DNA of 63,800 nt, counting the filler, from Kipferlia bialata (Eukaryota): NCBI GenBank assembly GCA_003568945.1. It is 8 parts of 7 records of this genome, joined end to end, with 100 filler letters (N's around TTAATTAATTAA, not from the genome) between each part and the next. Parts side by side here need not be neighbours in the genome. Positions count along the whole stretch, not along the records: positions 43,084 to 53,750 come from BDIP01001379.1; positions 53,851 to 56,993 come from BDIP01001427.1; positions 57,094 to 60,367 come from BDIP01001437.1; positions 60,468 to 63,800 come from BDIP01001437.1; 4 more parts are not named here. One strand, written 5' to 3'. Positions 51,082-63,800 of this stretch are shown piece by piece; positions within the stretch are counted from its first letter, which is position 1; each line of letters opens with the position of its first letter. The notes under the pieces were generated by a model. It made no database searches, had not been told where the DNA came from, and saw only the letters and a list, made by a program, of their open reading frames with translations. The position numbers and the translations under genes are program-made.

Positions 51082-53080
51082 TCAGTTAGTATCGGTGTAG
51101 GCCACTGTTGTGCCGAGTAATGAGTAGCTCTCTGGGTAGTGAATGACCACAGTATGTGCAGGTTGGTGATAGTCTCTAGGATAGTATGGCCCATACTGGA
51201 GCACTGTGCCGGGATCCAGGGGACAGAGGCCGCAACTACGGGAGTGGAATACCTCGTCCTGTTCCTCCCACCTGTCTAGTACATCATTGTATGTCAGCAG
51301 CACCCCCATCGTAGTTGTGGCGCACAACCGACCACCCATGGTGAATGCGTTGTCGCACTCGGGGGCGGGCGCTGCCAACCACCCATTCTCCCACCCGTTG
51401 TCTGTCTCATCAAGGAGCCGTGTGGTAGTGCCAGTGTCGACAGTTGGTCGGAAAGTGGAGTGTACGGGATACCCATTGAACCTCAGTGGTCCTCTCAGTG
51501 CATCATCTCCCAGGATATGGGCACGTCCGTTGTGAGTGGCAACGCATGATGGGCGCAGAAGGGGTCCCACCCTTAGCTGGGTCCAGGGTGAGGTACCCTC
51601 AGGTATGTCTGGACAGTACCTGGGTGTAAGGCGTTGTAGAAAGCCCAGGTATAGCTATCCTTCACCTGTGGAGAGTAGTGGGAGGATGGTTGTGTGTCTT
51701 CTGCTCTACTTCAGGGGTGGTGTAAAGCATCACATACAGAGCACCATCAAGGGAGAAGAGCTCCACCCGCCCATCGAAGCGACCACCCCTGGGAACCCCT
51801 GTATTCTTATGCCACACTAGGGACACTGGGTCGCTGGGAAAGCCATCGCCCCTCTCCACCTCTACCCACTCCCGAGTATCTAGGTGCATCGCAAAGAGGC
51901 GGTTGATACCAGAAGGGGAATTGACATCGTTGCGGCCACTGGCGGCGTCAGGGAAAGTACCAAAGACGTAGAGCATGCCCCCCATCACGCACATTCCCTT
52001 TGGGAAGGAGTATGTCAGCATCTCTGGGCACGCTACCTCCACACTTTCCAGACCCTGATCCGAATGGTGGATGATGCGGCACCCTGTTCCCTGTCCTACC
52101 CGCGACAGAGAGAAAGGCTGATTCCTCCAGCCTGCAGTTGGGGGCTCTCGAACCAGTTGGCTCGCAAGAGACCACTTGTGACGGCATTTGAAACCAATAA
52201 CGTGGTTGACCCCAATTTGGCATGAACGCCCTTCGATCATGTCCCCTTGGAAGGGCACACTTACTGGTAACACGAGTCCTTCACTACCTGTCCAACCACT
52301 AGGGAGCTGCTGACCAAAGTGATGGCAGAGGGTAGGAGACCTAAAAATGAATCCACCAACTAGAAATAATGTCACCTATCTCTAGCGGAATATGTCCAGC
52401 AAGAGTATACAATTTCATTACCTCACTCTCTTAAGGGAGAGCTGTCCTCTTTGTGTGGCGTACAGAAGGCTACAGGAGACATTGATATCCGGCATGAGGG
52501 AACTGACTTAATGTGAGAGAGGGGAGGGGGTGGGGTGCAGTAACATACCTTTATCGTTGGGGTCTGAATAGTTCCTTACACCAGTCCAGGGACGTCCGGT
52601 TTCAAGAGTAAGCGCAGTGCGCAACTCGTACTCAGATGCATATTGGCGCACACAACCAGTACCAGTCACCCAGAGGCTGGGGGGGAGGTCACCCAGTGGC
52701 ACCCGATTCACACTAGCACGTCCGCTGATGAGAGACCCCACACGCCTTGAGAACTCAAGGTAAGACATCCCTGCTGCCATGTGAGCAATACTGCCGATGA
52801 CTTCTGCCATGCGGTTAGAGCATGTGTACGACTCTCCCTCTGTATATGTCCAGAGTGCACCATGGAGTGTGCGAAGGGATCCCCTAGTCCACCACATTGG
52901 AAGTTCTCTTTGGGGTATCCGAGAAGTTTCAAGAATCTCCTCTAGGTCTTCCTGGGTCAGCTCTGCCAATGAGGCATTGCTGATCTCTCGCAGCGGACGG
53001 TCTCCCTCCCTGTACACACCAGCACTGATCAGAGCCTCATGGTGGCATAAGGGGCATGCCTTAGCCTTCTTGGTTGACAT
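51082..53080 (-). CDS. Kelch/beta-propeller-like family protein, copy 2 (inverted paralog, 4 exons)
   Basis: ACPLCHHEALISAGVY..; same GMCVMGGMLYVFG, HLDTREW, RPSCVATHNG and TFRPTVDTGTT blocks; same intron positions as copy 1. Confidence 0.7.
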
Positions 53081-53904
53081 GTATTTCCTGGTGGTGAGTG
53101 GTTCATCTAGGATAGACTATATACATGATTGACATGGTAGTATGCAGATTAGGGGTTGACAATCACGCCTTAGGACAGGAGAGAGGGACACTTGAATCAG
53201 ATTTAAAGAGAAGGAGAAATCCACAACTTGAGGATTGGACCGGGGGGGGCAGAAGAGAGATAGAGAGAGAGGTCTTACTCTCAGGGGAGAGAAAGCAGAT
53301 GTATATAGACCACGAGTGGATGCCAGATCCTTCCAATAAGATTCCAACATAATCCACAGTAGCACCAATATCATACCTCTCAAACCAATATGGACAGAAA
53401 CGAAACAGTGAGAATGGAAGCCAATAATGGCAGAAGAGCTTTACTGGATTCTAGTCTACAGTCAAAATACCTAGAGATGGGATCACTGTTGAGTAGAGGG
53501 CCCACACATACTGTATATATATCTGTATACTATTACAGTCATTTAGTCACTAAATTCCATGTCGGGAAAAAAAACTAGGCTTGGATCTAAGTTCTGTCAA
53601 GCTCATTGCTTTACATATATTCCTCAATGAGGAATGGGTGTATGATGACCTCATGCACCCCCGCCTCCAGCCTCCTGTCTCCATCCCAGTTCATTACCTC
53701 ATTCTATTCCCTGACAGATCACGTCCATTTCACGTCGAGGCCAGATAGTGNNNNNNNNNNNNNNNNNNNNNNNNNNNNNNNNNNNNNNNNNNNNTTAATT
53801 AATTAANNNNNNNNNNNNNNNNNNNNNNNNNNNNNNNNNNNNNNNNNNNNCCCCCCCAAAGTCCATTTTTATTTTCCCCCCCCCCCCCCCCCTAATTCAC
53901 TCAG

Positions 53905-54247
53905 GGCTGTGTCTGTGCTGCTGGTTGTGTGTGCAGGGGTCTCCCAGGCTGTGGTGTATGGTCTGTGCACCCACTCGGCCACTCAGGACCTGATGTATCT
54001 GGGGACTGACACTGCGTATGTCCCAGCCGTGTGTCTGTCCCTGCCCTTCGCACTGGCGGTGGCCTCGGGCCAGCTGGTGCCGCCATCCCTCTCCCTGTCT
54101 GTCAAGGGGGTGCCCCTCACAGACGCAGTGCTCACCCCTATCACTGTGCTGTATGCTCTAGTTATGCAGGGCGTACAGGGTTGTGTGCCCACGGTGGTGG
54201 GATGTTTGTGTGGATGGGGGTATGCATTGACACTTCGATCCAAGTAG
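53905..54247 (+). CDS. Terminal exon of a multi-pass membrane protein (possibly rhomboid/Derlin-like)
   Basis: Acceptor TTCACTCAG, several hydrophobic segments, GCLCGWGY near the end, TAG. Confidence 0.45.
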
Positions 54248-54453
54248 ACGGTTTGACGTTCATTGTCATATATAATATATACATACCACCTTGTATGCAT
54301 GACACACTAGATCCATGTCTATATTGAAGTTGTCGCTACTAGGCTAAGTACTACAGCTCTCCAGTTACAAGAACACTGTAGTGTCATTGATCATACTAAT
54401 GGTACCATCTGGACAATAGCCAAGTGGTCGGCATAGACTATCCATCTATCCCC

Positions 54454-54971
54454 TCACTTTGTGACAGTCACAGGTGCCCTCATGGTGCTAAGGAACTTGT
54501 CGGACACAGTCACATCCTGACATGAGTAAGGGGGGAGTCCAGCCACCTTGACTAGCCACACAAGAAGGGCAACAATAGAAGAATAGTCATATTGGCCAAT
54601 AACGAGGAAACTTCTCATCCTCTACACATGTCGCAAACATATATACATGCGCACCTCCCAGCTGAGGCTCCACTCCCTCATGTCGGCCTCTGTCATGTCC
54701 TCGGGGTGCCAGTCTGGGTCAACAGGGGGTATACAGTCAGAGTAGTGTACACACAAGCAATACATCTCACTATAATCCACAGTCAACACCCACCTTGCAG
54801 TGCGAACTCCTCGAACATATCATCCTCCAGTACCCTGTTCAGAGTCCTATGGGTGAGAGTGAAACGGAAGGAGGGAACAAGCAAAACAACACAGTGGGGT
54901 TGTCCTCCAGAAGATCACTCACTATCTTGCTCTAATTATATAACATGAACGTACTGCTTGTTGGAATCCAT
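54454..54971 (-). CDS. SEM1: SEM1/DSS1 (26S proteasome lid/TREX-2 subunit), 63 aa, 4 exons
   Basis: Exons 54971-54955, 54846-54794, 54713-54655, 54516-54454: MDSNKQTLNRVLEDDMFEEFALQDWHPEDMTEADMREWSLSWEDVTVSDKFLSTMRA..; matches EDDEFEEF..W..W..W..DDF..LRA. Confidence 0.85.
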
Positions 54972-55141
54972 CCTACCGTGATGGCAGAGATTCAGTCCGG
55001 CTAGAGAGTATGCCAGTATGGCCAACAACCCTTTTTCATTCTCACCGTATGTGCGTGTGTTTTTGCTGGATATCAGCTGAGTTTGAGACAGAGGCTTCAA
55101 CCTAAGTTCAAGCTGAAAGAGCTTGCGTGTCTTCACCACAA

Positions 55142-56739
55142 ATGTCCTCTGGATTCCTAGCACCTAAGAACACGCCTGTTTTCACCAGGTTGGGGAAGTA
55201 TATCGGCTCTCCTCTGCTGAATCCTCTATTTGAAGTCATCCTATGCCATTTCTCACCTCAGCCTGCCTTCCAAGGCCCAGGCCCAGTACCTGAGTGCCAA
55301 TAAGTCTGGTCTGAGGTAAATATACCGTCTTTTACTTACCTTAAGTGTCAAACACCGCACAATATGCATGTCTCAAAGAGAGTGCATATGAGTTATTATT
55401 ATACCTATATGATTCGTCGCTTCCTCTGTGCGCGTTGTTGCGTCGTATGTATGTTGCTTGTCCGTATGATGTTTGTGCAATGGTGTCCTTCCTTCTATCC
55501 TCTTTCCGATGCATATATGAGTACTATTTGAATTGGCCAGTATCCAACCGCAGCTCTGAGAGCCTTCTCCATCGCCTCAAGGAGTCCCAGCTTGCCGGTC
55601 TCTTCTCAGGCAATGGTGGTGGCCCTGCCCCTGTGTCCAGTTCCCCCGACACTCTCTCTCTGGTGTCAGCCAAGCTTGACCAGATCTCAGTCGGCCAGGT
55701 GCGTATTCACTGAATACTATTCAGCCTCCCTCCCACACTCTGTCAGTGATACTGGTGCTGTCACTATAGATATATTCCTCACCGTTCAGGTCTCCAGTTC
55801 TGAGGACCAGCGTGAGTTGGACATGATCCGCCATCAGTACAGCGTGGCCAAGGCCGAGCACGGTGCCGCCCTGGCTGCCATTGTGGAGGAGGCCCATCTG
55901 GAAAGTGTGGCCCTGGACGAGGAGAGGCAGGCCCTGATCAAGGACATCCCCCAGGTATGGGGGGCAGTGTATATATCATGGGTAGTGGATGGATGGCTGG
56001 TCGGAATTCATAGTTTTCGGTAAGAGTATTGCGGAAGGTGATCCTGTCATCGTCTTTGCTTGACACCTTAGTTCTTCGCCCTTCTCTCCTCTGGTATATA
56101 TGTGTAGCATCTCTTTCTGACCCTCCAGTTCTACTCCCGTGCTCTGTCTGGCAGTGGGTCCCGGTTCTGCACCGAGTCAGACGTGGTATTCCTGGGGTGA
56201 GTCATACATGGCCCATGGGACATGGGGCATGGAGTCACTTGCAGACACATGTGGATATATGTGGATATATATCTGTTCTAGTATCATTCTCTATTGCTCT
56301 CAAGTATCGAATGCTTCCCCCTCCCTCCCTCCCCCCATACTCCATGATGTCCGCCTGACCCTTCAGCCACGTGTCCCGCATCGAGCACACCCTGGTCAAG
56401 AGGGACGGGGCCACCCTGACCTGGGTGCTGAGGATAGACCTCAAGACCGGCAACTCGTACCTGCTGAACAACCACCTCACCATCAAGTACAGAGAGACAT
56501 ACCCCAACCCCCGGCCCCTCATCCTCGAGGCCTCCGAGCCCCGCTATCAGACAGGCGCAGTCAGGCTGAGTGTCGGGTCCCTGGCTGACCTGGGCCAGTC
56601 CCTTGATGACTCTGCCGCCAGTGTGCTCCTCACCGCCCTGTACTCTGAGTCCGAGTCCGAGGTGTGCCAGGCTGTCACATTCATAGTGCGCAGGCTGCTT
56701 CCCCTGTGTGTCGAGTGGTTCCTAGACACTGTCTACTAG
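55142..56739 (+). CDS. Nucleosome assembly protein (NAP/SET family)-like, 6 exons
   Basis: ERQALIKDIPQ|FYSRAL..TESDVVFLG|HVSRIE..LRIDLKTGNSYLLNNHLTIKY..IVRRLLPLCVEWF, matching NAP IPxFW..D..L..I..NxYFxN.xLTK.Y..PxAVxWF. Confidence 0.7.
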
Positions 56740-57189
56740 GCACTGTGACAGACGCTGGCCTTAGAACACTGGCCACGAGCCGTGTCTGAGAAGTAGTGTT
56801 GCAACTGTGTCAGAGGTGTATTTGTATCAACTCAACAATTATCGTAGTTATCTGTTTTTAGTGTGACTGTTAGTGTATTATTGTGTGCTCGGCAGCTGAG
56901 TAACTAAATCGTTTCTTTTGAGGTCATGTTAAACAGGATGTTAGCCTCCTTTCAGAACTTCAGCTTGATGGCAGCCTGAGGGAGACCTCAAGGNNNNNNN
57001 NNNNNNNNNNNNNNNNNNNNNNNNNNNNNNNNNNNNNTTAATTAATTAANNNNNNNNNNNNNNNNNNNNNNNNNNNNNNNNNNNNNNNNNNNNTCACACT
57101 ATATCTATGGATATCGATACATATATGATTAGAGGGGAAGACGCCTGACGGTATAATCACAGACATACCAAAGACAATACCCCGAGAGT

Positions 57190-57844
57190 TCAGTAACGTC
57201 TGGCTATGTAGACCAGAGACAGCAGCAGGATATTGTTGTCCATAGGCAGGCCTCAATACCCAAAAGTGAGGGTGTAAAGTGAGAGACGGTGGAAAGAACT
57301 AGTGTAGGGTACTAGGAGAGAGTTATTGACACATTCTATACCTACGCCTTCCTCCGACTCCGAACACGTTGAAGTAGCTCAGCCTCAGGAAAGCAGTAGC
57401 TAAGATGACAAATGCACCTGGAATAAGGAGTGTAGCGAGAGAGAGAGAGAAGCTCAGCCTCAGAGCAGCAGCAATCAGAATAGTTAAGGCACCGTCTATA
57501 AGGGGTATAGAGCGTGTGTGTGTGTGTGACCGCCAGCCGTGAACTGCTCACCAGGTAGACACACACACACACATATATATATATATGTAATGAAAAATAT
57601 ATATACATACATATCTGTACATAGCATGGAGAATATACCACCCCATATACTATTAGGAAATCTAGAAGGTAATATTAGGTGAAAGTATACATAGACATAC
57701 TCTCTGATACTCTGATACCTGACAGGGAGTATACCATATCGTGTATATCGTGTATATATACATAGTACATGGCCTATGTCCTACCTGGCATAAAGTATTC
57801 ACAACCTTGACCCAGGGCTAGCAGGAATACAGCTGGACACACAC
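57190..57844 (-). CDS. CDP-alcohol phosphatidyltransferase (PssA-like) C-terminal fragment, possibly degenerate
   Basis: GVCPAVFLLALG..FMP|GAFVILATAFLRLSYFNVFG..GLPMDNNILLL; the DxxDGxxAR..LDS motif was not found. Confidence 0.5.
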
Positions 57845-58048
57845 CTGATACATGAGACGAAGTGAGAGAGTAAATATGAGGACCTGACGGGTGAGAAGAG
57901 GGTAATGAGAACAAATATGTACATCTACTATATACCATAGGTTCAATATACCCAATGCCGAGTTCAAGTTTGGGTGTGGGAATACAATTGCAATACATAT
58001 AGAGTATGACCCACATTGAGCCTGTAATTACTTATTTGTAGTGATCAT

Positions 58049-58572
58049 TCAATATACACTCTCTCTGAGTCCGAATGGTTTGGCTGGGCTGGACACAAAG
58101 GGCATGTCGACCTGATAGATGAGAAATAGACATAAATATATGAGATAATAATAATATATATATATATATATACCAATACATATATATATGTGTATATACA
58201 TATACATATACACGAAATGACTGGACATAGAGAGTCAACCTGATAGATGAGATAGAGTGAGTGTATATAAATGATATATATATTAGCAGGGAAGTAATCA
58301 GTAAGACACTACGATACATGACATACCACAATACCATATATACCACACACACATATATATATATATATACATATATAGTGAATTTACTGTATATCTATAT
58401 ATGTATACTTATGACAGGACCTCTACATATATATTATATATACTCAATATTACATATATCTTCTATAATAAATATATATTCTATATTACATACATTCTGC
58501 GTACCTCTACATATAAATTATATACATTCTACTTTGTATATACATCATTATATATATTCTGGGTACCTCAAG

Positions 58573-58619
<47 letters not shown>

Positions 58620-60089
58620 ATACACTGTATATCTATATATGTATACTCATGACAGGACCTCTACATATTCTGCGTACCTACATATACATATTCAATATTA
58701 TATATATATTCAATACTATATATATATTCAATATTATATATATTCTGCGTACCTCGATTGAGTAGTCCAGGGTACCAGCCAGGTACTGCACCATGGCAGC
58801 AGAGGCATTGCCTGACAATAAGGGTGCAGAGAGAGAGCAAGAAAGAGAGAGAGAGAAAACACTAAGATAGCAGAGGCATTGCTAGGTAATGAGGGTGTAG
58901 ATAGAGAGAGAGAGAGAGAGACTTTCCCAAACGTATTCAATATCCTTACCCTTGTATCCTGATGCCTCAAACACATAGTCTGCTGTGAGGGCACTGTCCA
59001 CAGCGGCATCGGGGGTGAAGGTTAGGCGAACCCCTAGGTCAGTATATTAGATATATATATACGGGAGGGGGGCAGGGGTGAAGGTGACACACACACTGAG
59101 GGTAATGGAGGGAGGAAGCTCATACTGACAACTATCTAATATCCCTGTCATACACATATATATATATATATATTTGTGTATATACACTATATACTCTACT
59201 TGCCATAGTCCGGTGTCACTCTGAGGGTGGTACTGTCACTCACAAGGAGTATTATATACCTACACGTATTATATATATTCCTGTATACTATACACATACA
59301 CTATATACTCGAATTTCTATATACTCTACCTGTCGAAGTCAGTGGCACTGTACACATAGTATAATAAGTATTCACATAACACGTATATACATATATTCGG
59401 GAGTATATACATATGTATATATATGTATATATGTATATATATAACGCTAAGTCATACCTGTCAAAATCAGGTGTGACTCTCAGCGTGGCACTGTCATAGT
59501 ACTAATTGCATATATACTATCTTTCATTCCCAACTTAATAAGTATATATTCATACAGATGTTAAAGTATATATACAGATATATACATATTCGATATACCT
59601 GTCATAATCAGGTGTGACTCTGAGGTTGGCACTGTCGTAGCAGCCCTGGATCTGGCACATGTCGCTGGGGGTGAGATATATAGAGAGTAAATAGAGAGAG
59701 AGGGGGAGGGAGAGAAGAACCTCTGAATCTGGCACCTGTCGTTAGGGTGAGGTATACTACCTTGATGCTATACACACGAGGGAGAGAGAGACAGACAACA
59801 CAGGATCTGGCCCATGTCGCTGAGTGAGACATACCAATAGTATATATACATACATATATATATATATATATCTGAAGGTAGGTATATATGTGGGGAGAGA
59901 GAGAGAGAGATCTGGGACTGGTTGAGATAGGATATATGGTGACATTTCTTGAGAGAAAGAGAGACTTCTCAGGGTAATGCTCGCAAACTGTGTGTATACA
60001 TACAAGACTATCGGTCCTGTCGATGACATACTCAAAGTACTCCCCACTACGTGTTGTGTATACAACCCCCCAGGAGGCACTGAGTGCAC
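58049..60089 (-). CDS. Hypothetical multi-exon protein with echo-filled introns, partial
   Basis: Exons GALSASWGVVYTTRSGEYFEY.., SDMCQIQGCYDSANLRVTPDYD, GVRLTFTPDAAVDSALTADYVFEASGYK, NASAAMVQYLAGTLDYSIE, VDMPFVSS; some phases unresolved. Confidence 0.45.
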
Positions 60090-60477
60090 CTAATAGGTAA
60101 GGTATAGAGAGAGATGGGGAGAGAGAGAGAGAGAGAGACAACCTCCCAGGACACATGACAGATAAGAGAGAGAGAGAGGGTGTGGGGGAATGAACACTCC
60201 CAGGAGGCACTAAGGCACCTAGAGGTAATATGTATATAGGGCGAGAGAGTGAGAATCTCCTGTTAGGCAGTCAGGCCAGTGCACCTGGAGCTTCATATAT
60301 GTAGAATACAAGTCCAGAGAGAGGGAAGGGGGGGGGGGGGGGGGGGGGACACACTTATAACAAAAAANNNNNNNNNNNNNNNNNNNNNNNNNNNNNNNNN
60401 NNNNNNNNNNNTTAATTAATTAANNNNNNNNNNNNNNNNNNNNNNNNNNNNNNNNNNNNNNNNNNNNGGGGGGAGGA

Positions 60478-60512
<35 letters not shown>

Positions 60513-60965
60513 ATCAAACCGCAACATACACAAGGACATGTAATGAGAACTAACACAAGAGTATGCTAGGATGTGGCGTACACACAGTCACTTGTGTCCA
60601 GATGATAGAGAGACAGAGTACAAATATCCAAATTGTACACTTGTCAAGACACCACGGAGATAGAGATATATCCTACTGATAATGAGCAGCGTAGACGAAG
60701 AATTGCATGGATACGGGTAATAATAAGATTAGATAATAATGAGACCATGCTAAGGCGCAGAAGATGACATGACATGCAGTAGACATTCAGTTCACACAGA
60801 GAGATAGAGCAGTACCTCTACCAACCCCAACTACCCCAAAACACTCTGAATCACTAACCAGATGGCCATGATAACAAGGATATACCGACAAGACATACAG
60901 ATACCCATTCATAGAGTACATATATATGTATAGTCGTAGAGTATATAAATAGACTTGCACCATAC

Positions 60966-61122
60966 CTCCGCTTCCGATGACAACTGCTGCATATCTTCCT
61001 ACTCCTACGGCCGCAATTGCAGTAGATACGCCACTTGTGACTGTTAGATACGCCAGTGGAACAGCGAGAATAGGACGGTGCAGACCAATATGGATTGCAA
61101 TCAGTGCGACAGAGACTGAACC
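60966..61122 (-). CDS. Isolated hydrophobic exon (membrane-protein fragment)
   Basis: TAATCAAAAG|GSVSVALIAIHIGL..PLAYLTVTSGVSTAIAAVGVGRYAAVVIGSG|GTATGG; neighbouring exons not resolved. Confidence 0.3.
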
Positions 61123-61367
61123 CTTTTGATTATATATACTACTTATTATATATTACTAGTGTTTTTGCCTTCTGTTGGCATCAAGCTTTGAGTCCAACTC
61201 GATACGTGGAACAGTGTCATAGGGTAAAAACTAGAAGAACTAATTCCGGAGAGTAATAGACACCCGATGTACTAAATTTACTGAAATTGCGGTTACTATA
61301 CTCCGTCAAGTGCCAGATATGGGAACAGGCGGCACTCTCTTGGTCTGAACTCTGTCTCCCTCTCTCT

Positions 61368-62129
61368 CTACTTCTGGGAAGGTGTCTCTGGCTCTGTCCC
61401 ATTCCTCAGGCGCCTGTCTCTTCTCTGGCCGTTCTCCCCTGCCTCCTTGGCAACCTGGGGTCAGTACATATATATAGTAACACGTAAATAGATGTATATA
61501 TGTAAGTATCCATATACATTACCTGAGCTGCCTCCATGTCCCCCTCCCCCAGTGCTGTGACGTCTGGTCTGAACATGCCATCGGAGGGCAGAAGAGTCTC
61601 TCTCTCCCCCTCCCTAGGTTCTATGGTGGGTAGGTCCATGCCCTTCCTCTCCCACAGCAGGGTGTCCACACCCTCAACGGAGACATGCAGGTGGGACAGC
61701 CAGTTGCCTGGGGTATCAGATATTCTACACATACTATATATGGCATATATACTATACCTGTATATAGAGAGGTATACTATATGTACGCAAGACTACAATC
61801 TACATACACTATATACCTGTGAGTACCGACACAGGGCCTGACCCCCCCTGGTATGCCACACGCTGCTTGTCCTTCCTCTTGCTCTCCTGGGAATAAGAGA
61901 GAGAGAGGGAAAGGACAAGTACATATACGAGTGTTTCATATATAGTATATGTGTGAGAGAGGGAGTGGTGATTAGAGACACCATATAGATCTATACTATA
62001 TGTGTATATGCAGTACTTCTAGGCCTAGCAGCGTACCTTTGTGGCGTAGTATGCCTCTCTCACACCAGTGTCTGCTACCCTGTGCACTGCACCCTCAATC
62101 TCATCGGCACTGGATATAAGGGTGTAGCC

Positions 62130-62160
<31 letters not shown>

Positions 62161-63685
62161 CTGGGAGATCTTTGTACTAAATAGCGATGGTGGATGTCTC
62201 AATACCTCCTTCCTGTTTGGGAATAAGGGTGTAGCCAGAGAGAGAGAGAGATATACATACCTGCCCTTCTTCCTGTTTGGGAATGCAATGACACACTCGA
62301 GGCCATTTGCGGCATCATACACCACGCACTCAGAGGTGTATCTGGTGTACTGGAGTCAGATACCTATATATAATAACTATATTCAATTATACTTACATGT
62401 ATATGCATATAGTTACTAGTGTATAGGAAATATAATGATAAACAGAGGTGTATCTGGTGAACTGGGGTCAGAGGGCAAGGATGAATGAACATGAGGGAAG
62501 AAATGGTCTACAAAGCGAGGGGAGAGAGAGAGAGAGAGAGAGAGAGAACACCCACCTTGTCACCCCCTGTCACACCAGTGGTCAGCGCGTCAGGGATGGT
62601 GTATGTGTACACCCTCTTGGCACCACCAGGTCCCCTACCCTTGAGCTCCACAGTGAAGGTGCCTAGAGAGTGAGTGTGTGTGATACATTCATATATAAAT
62701 ATAGATATATGTATGTATGCATCTGGTCCCGTGCCCTTGAGCTCCACAGTGAAGGTGCCTAGGGGGTCAGGGGAGATTACAAGAGAGAGACATAAATAGA
62801 AGATGCCTGGGAGAAAGACATGAGAGAGTGAGAGACTGTTTCCACAGGTGCCAGGATAAGTGGGTCTGTGCATCCCTACCTATCTGCTTGACCCCGACTG
62901 TCTTTCCCTTCATCTTGGCATACAGCTCAGCACAGCCATGCACCCTGAAGGAGGGGGAGTCTAGCAGGACCTAATATAAGAGAGAGAGAGAGAGAGAGAG
63001 AGAGATGCGCAGCCATGCACCCTGAAGGCAGGGGCGTCAAGCAGAATCTTGAGTCAGATATATATATATACATAGTGGGGAGAGAGAGAGAGAGAGAGAG
63101 CTCAGCACAGAGGCCATGCACCATGAAGGCAGGGAGTCTAAGAAGACCCGAGACAAGGGAGTGGGAGAGAGAGAGAAAGAAAGAGAGAGGGAGAGTACCT
63201 GAGTGACTGGTGGGTGGTGTGATGGCTGGGAGGCATAGCATGCAGTTCCGTCAGAGAGAGAGCACTGCAGGGTCTCACCCAGGATGGGATTGCTGGGATG
63301 AGAAGGGTTACTGTGTATATAGATACATATAGAGAGAGAGAGAGGCAGAGGTACGTACAATGCCTTCCTGGCCCCTCCAAAGCGATGGAGTCCGGCCACG
63401 ACATAGGCACAAACAGCATAAAAGTCAGACAGGATGCTATCCTCTGTCTCTCCCTCTGTCTGCTCAGGCCTCACCAGGAGAGGAGTGGCACGGAAGTACT
63501 CTAGCTCACGGTAGAGCTGGGGGTAAAAGAGGGAGAGAGAGGGAAGACAACACAAGATAGATAGGGAGACTGGTCCAGATAGTGAGGACACTACAGACTG
63601 TGTAAGTAGAGAAAAAGAGTAGCACATACCGTGCTTCTGGCCTCAAAGAATGTACATGGCAGGGAGATCTGGGTGATGCTCTTGC
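61368..63685 (-). CDS. Oxysterol-binding protein (OSBP/ORP), 5'-partial
   Basis: ISLPCTFFEARST, NPILGET, SQPSHHPP, GNWLSH, LLPSDGMFRPDVTALGEGDMEAAQ|VAKEAGENGQRRDRR. Confidence 0.9.
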
Positions 63686-63800
63686 CTGAGTGAGAGACAG
63701 GCATATATGGAGAATAGAGAGTGAATATACTAGACAGGCGAGATGAAGGAGGGAGAGAAGGGGGGGGGGGGGGGGGAAAAAACAAAAACAAAAAGGGGAC

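Overview
Eukaryotic, intron-rich protist DNA. The window is not one locus: it is eight unrelated contigs joined by artificial 100-nt N/TTAATTAATTAA/N linkers, plus two scaffold gaps. Short GT-AG introns have the branch point fused to the acceptor (CTGACCCCCAG/CTCACCCCCAG/CTTATTTCAG). That, together with GC3-rich exons, (CT)n/(TA)n-rich introns and pentapeptide- and kelch-like families, points to a free-living fornicate such as Kipferlia bialata (inference). By manual splicing I recognise RidA, a stand-alone GNL3/Nug1 N-terminal-domain gene, UTP20, tRNA-Ala(TGC), a SYP7-like Qc-SNARE, a DZIP1-like C2H2 protein, XPF/ERCC4, a DNAH2-type dynein fragment, DUF4336, SET, SEM1/DSS1, NAP-like and OSBP genes, a solute-binding-protein-like secreted protein, and two lineage-specific paralog clusters. 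The most striking unexplained structure is systematic 'splice-site echoes': in a subset of genes, introns are built from diverged tandem copies of the adjacent splice site plus exon end, and many unrelated introns share one (CT)n-ACACCCTTATTTCAG 3' cassette. Several genes switch identity at long poly-C/G tracts, most likely misjoins. All family calls are by eye from motif memory; no searches were run.
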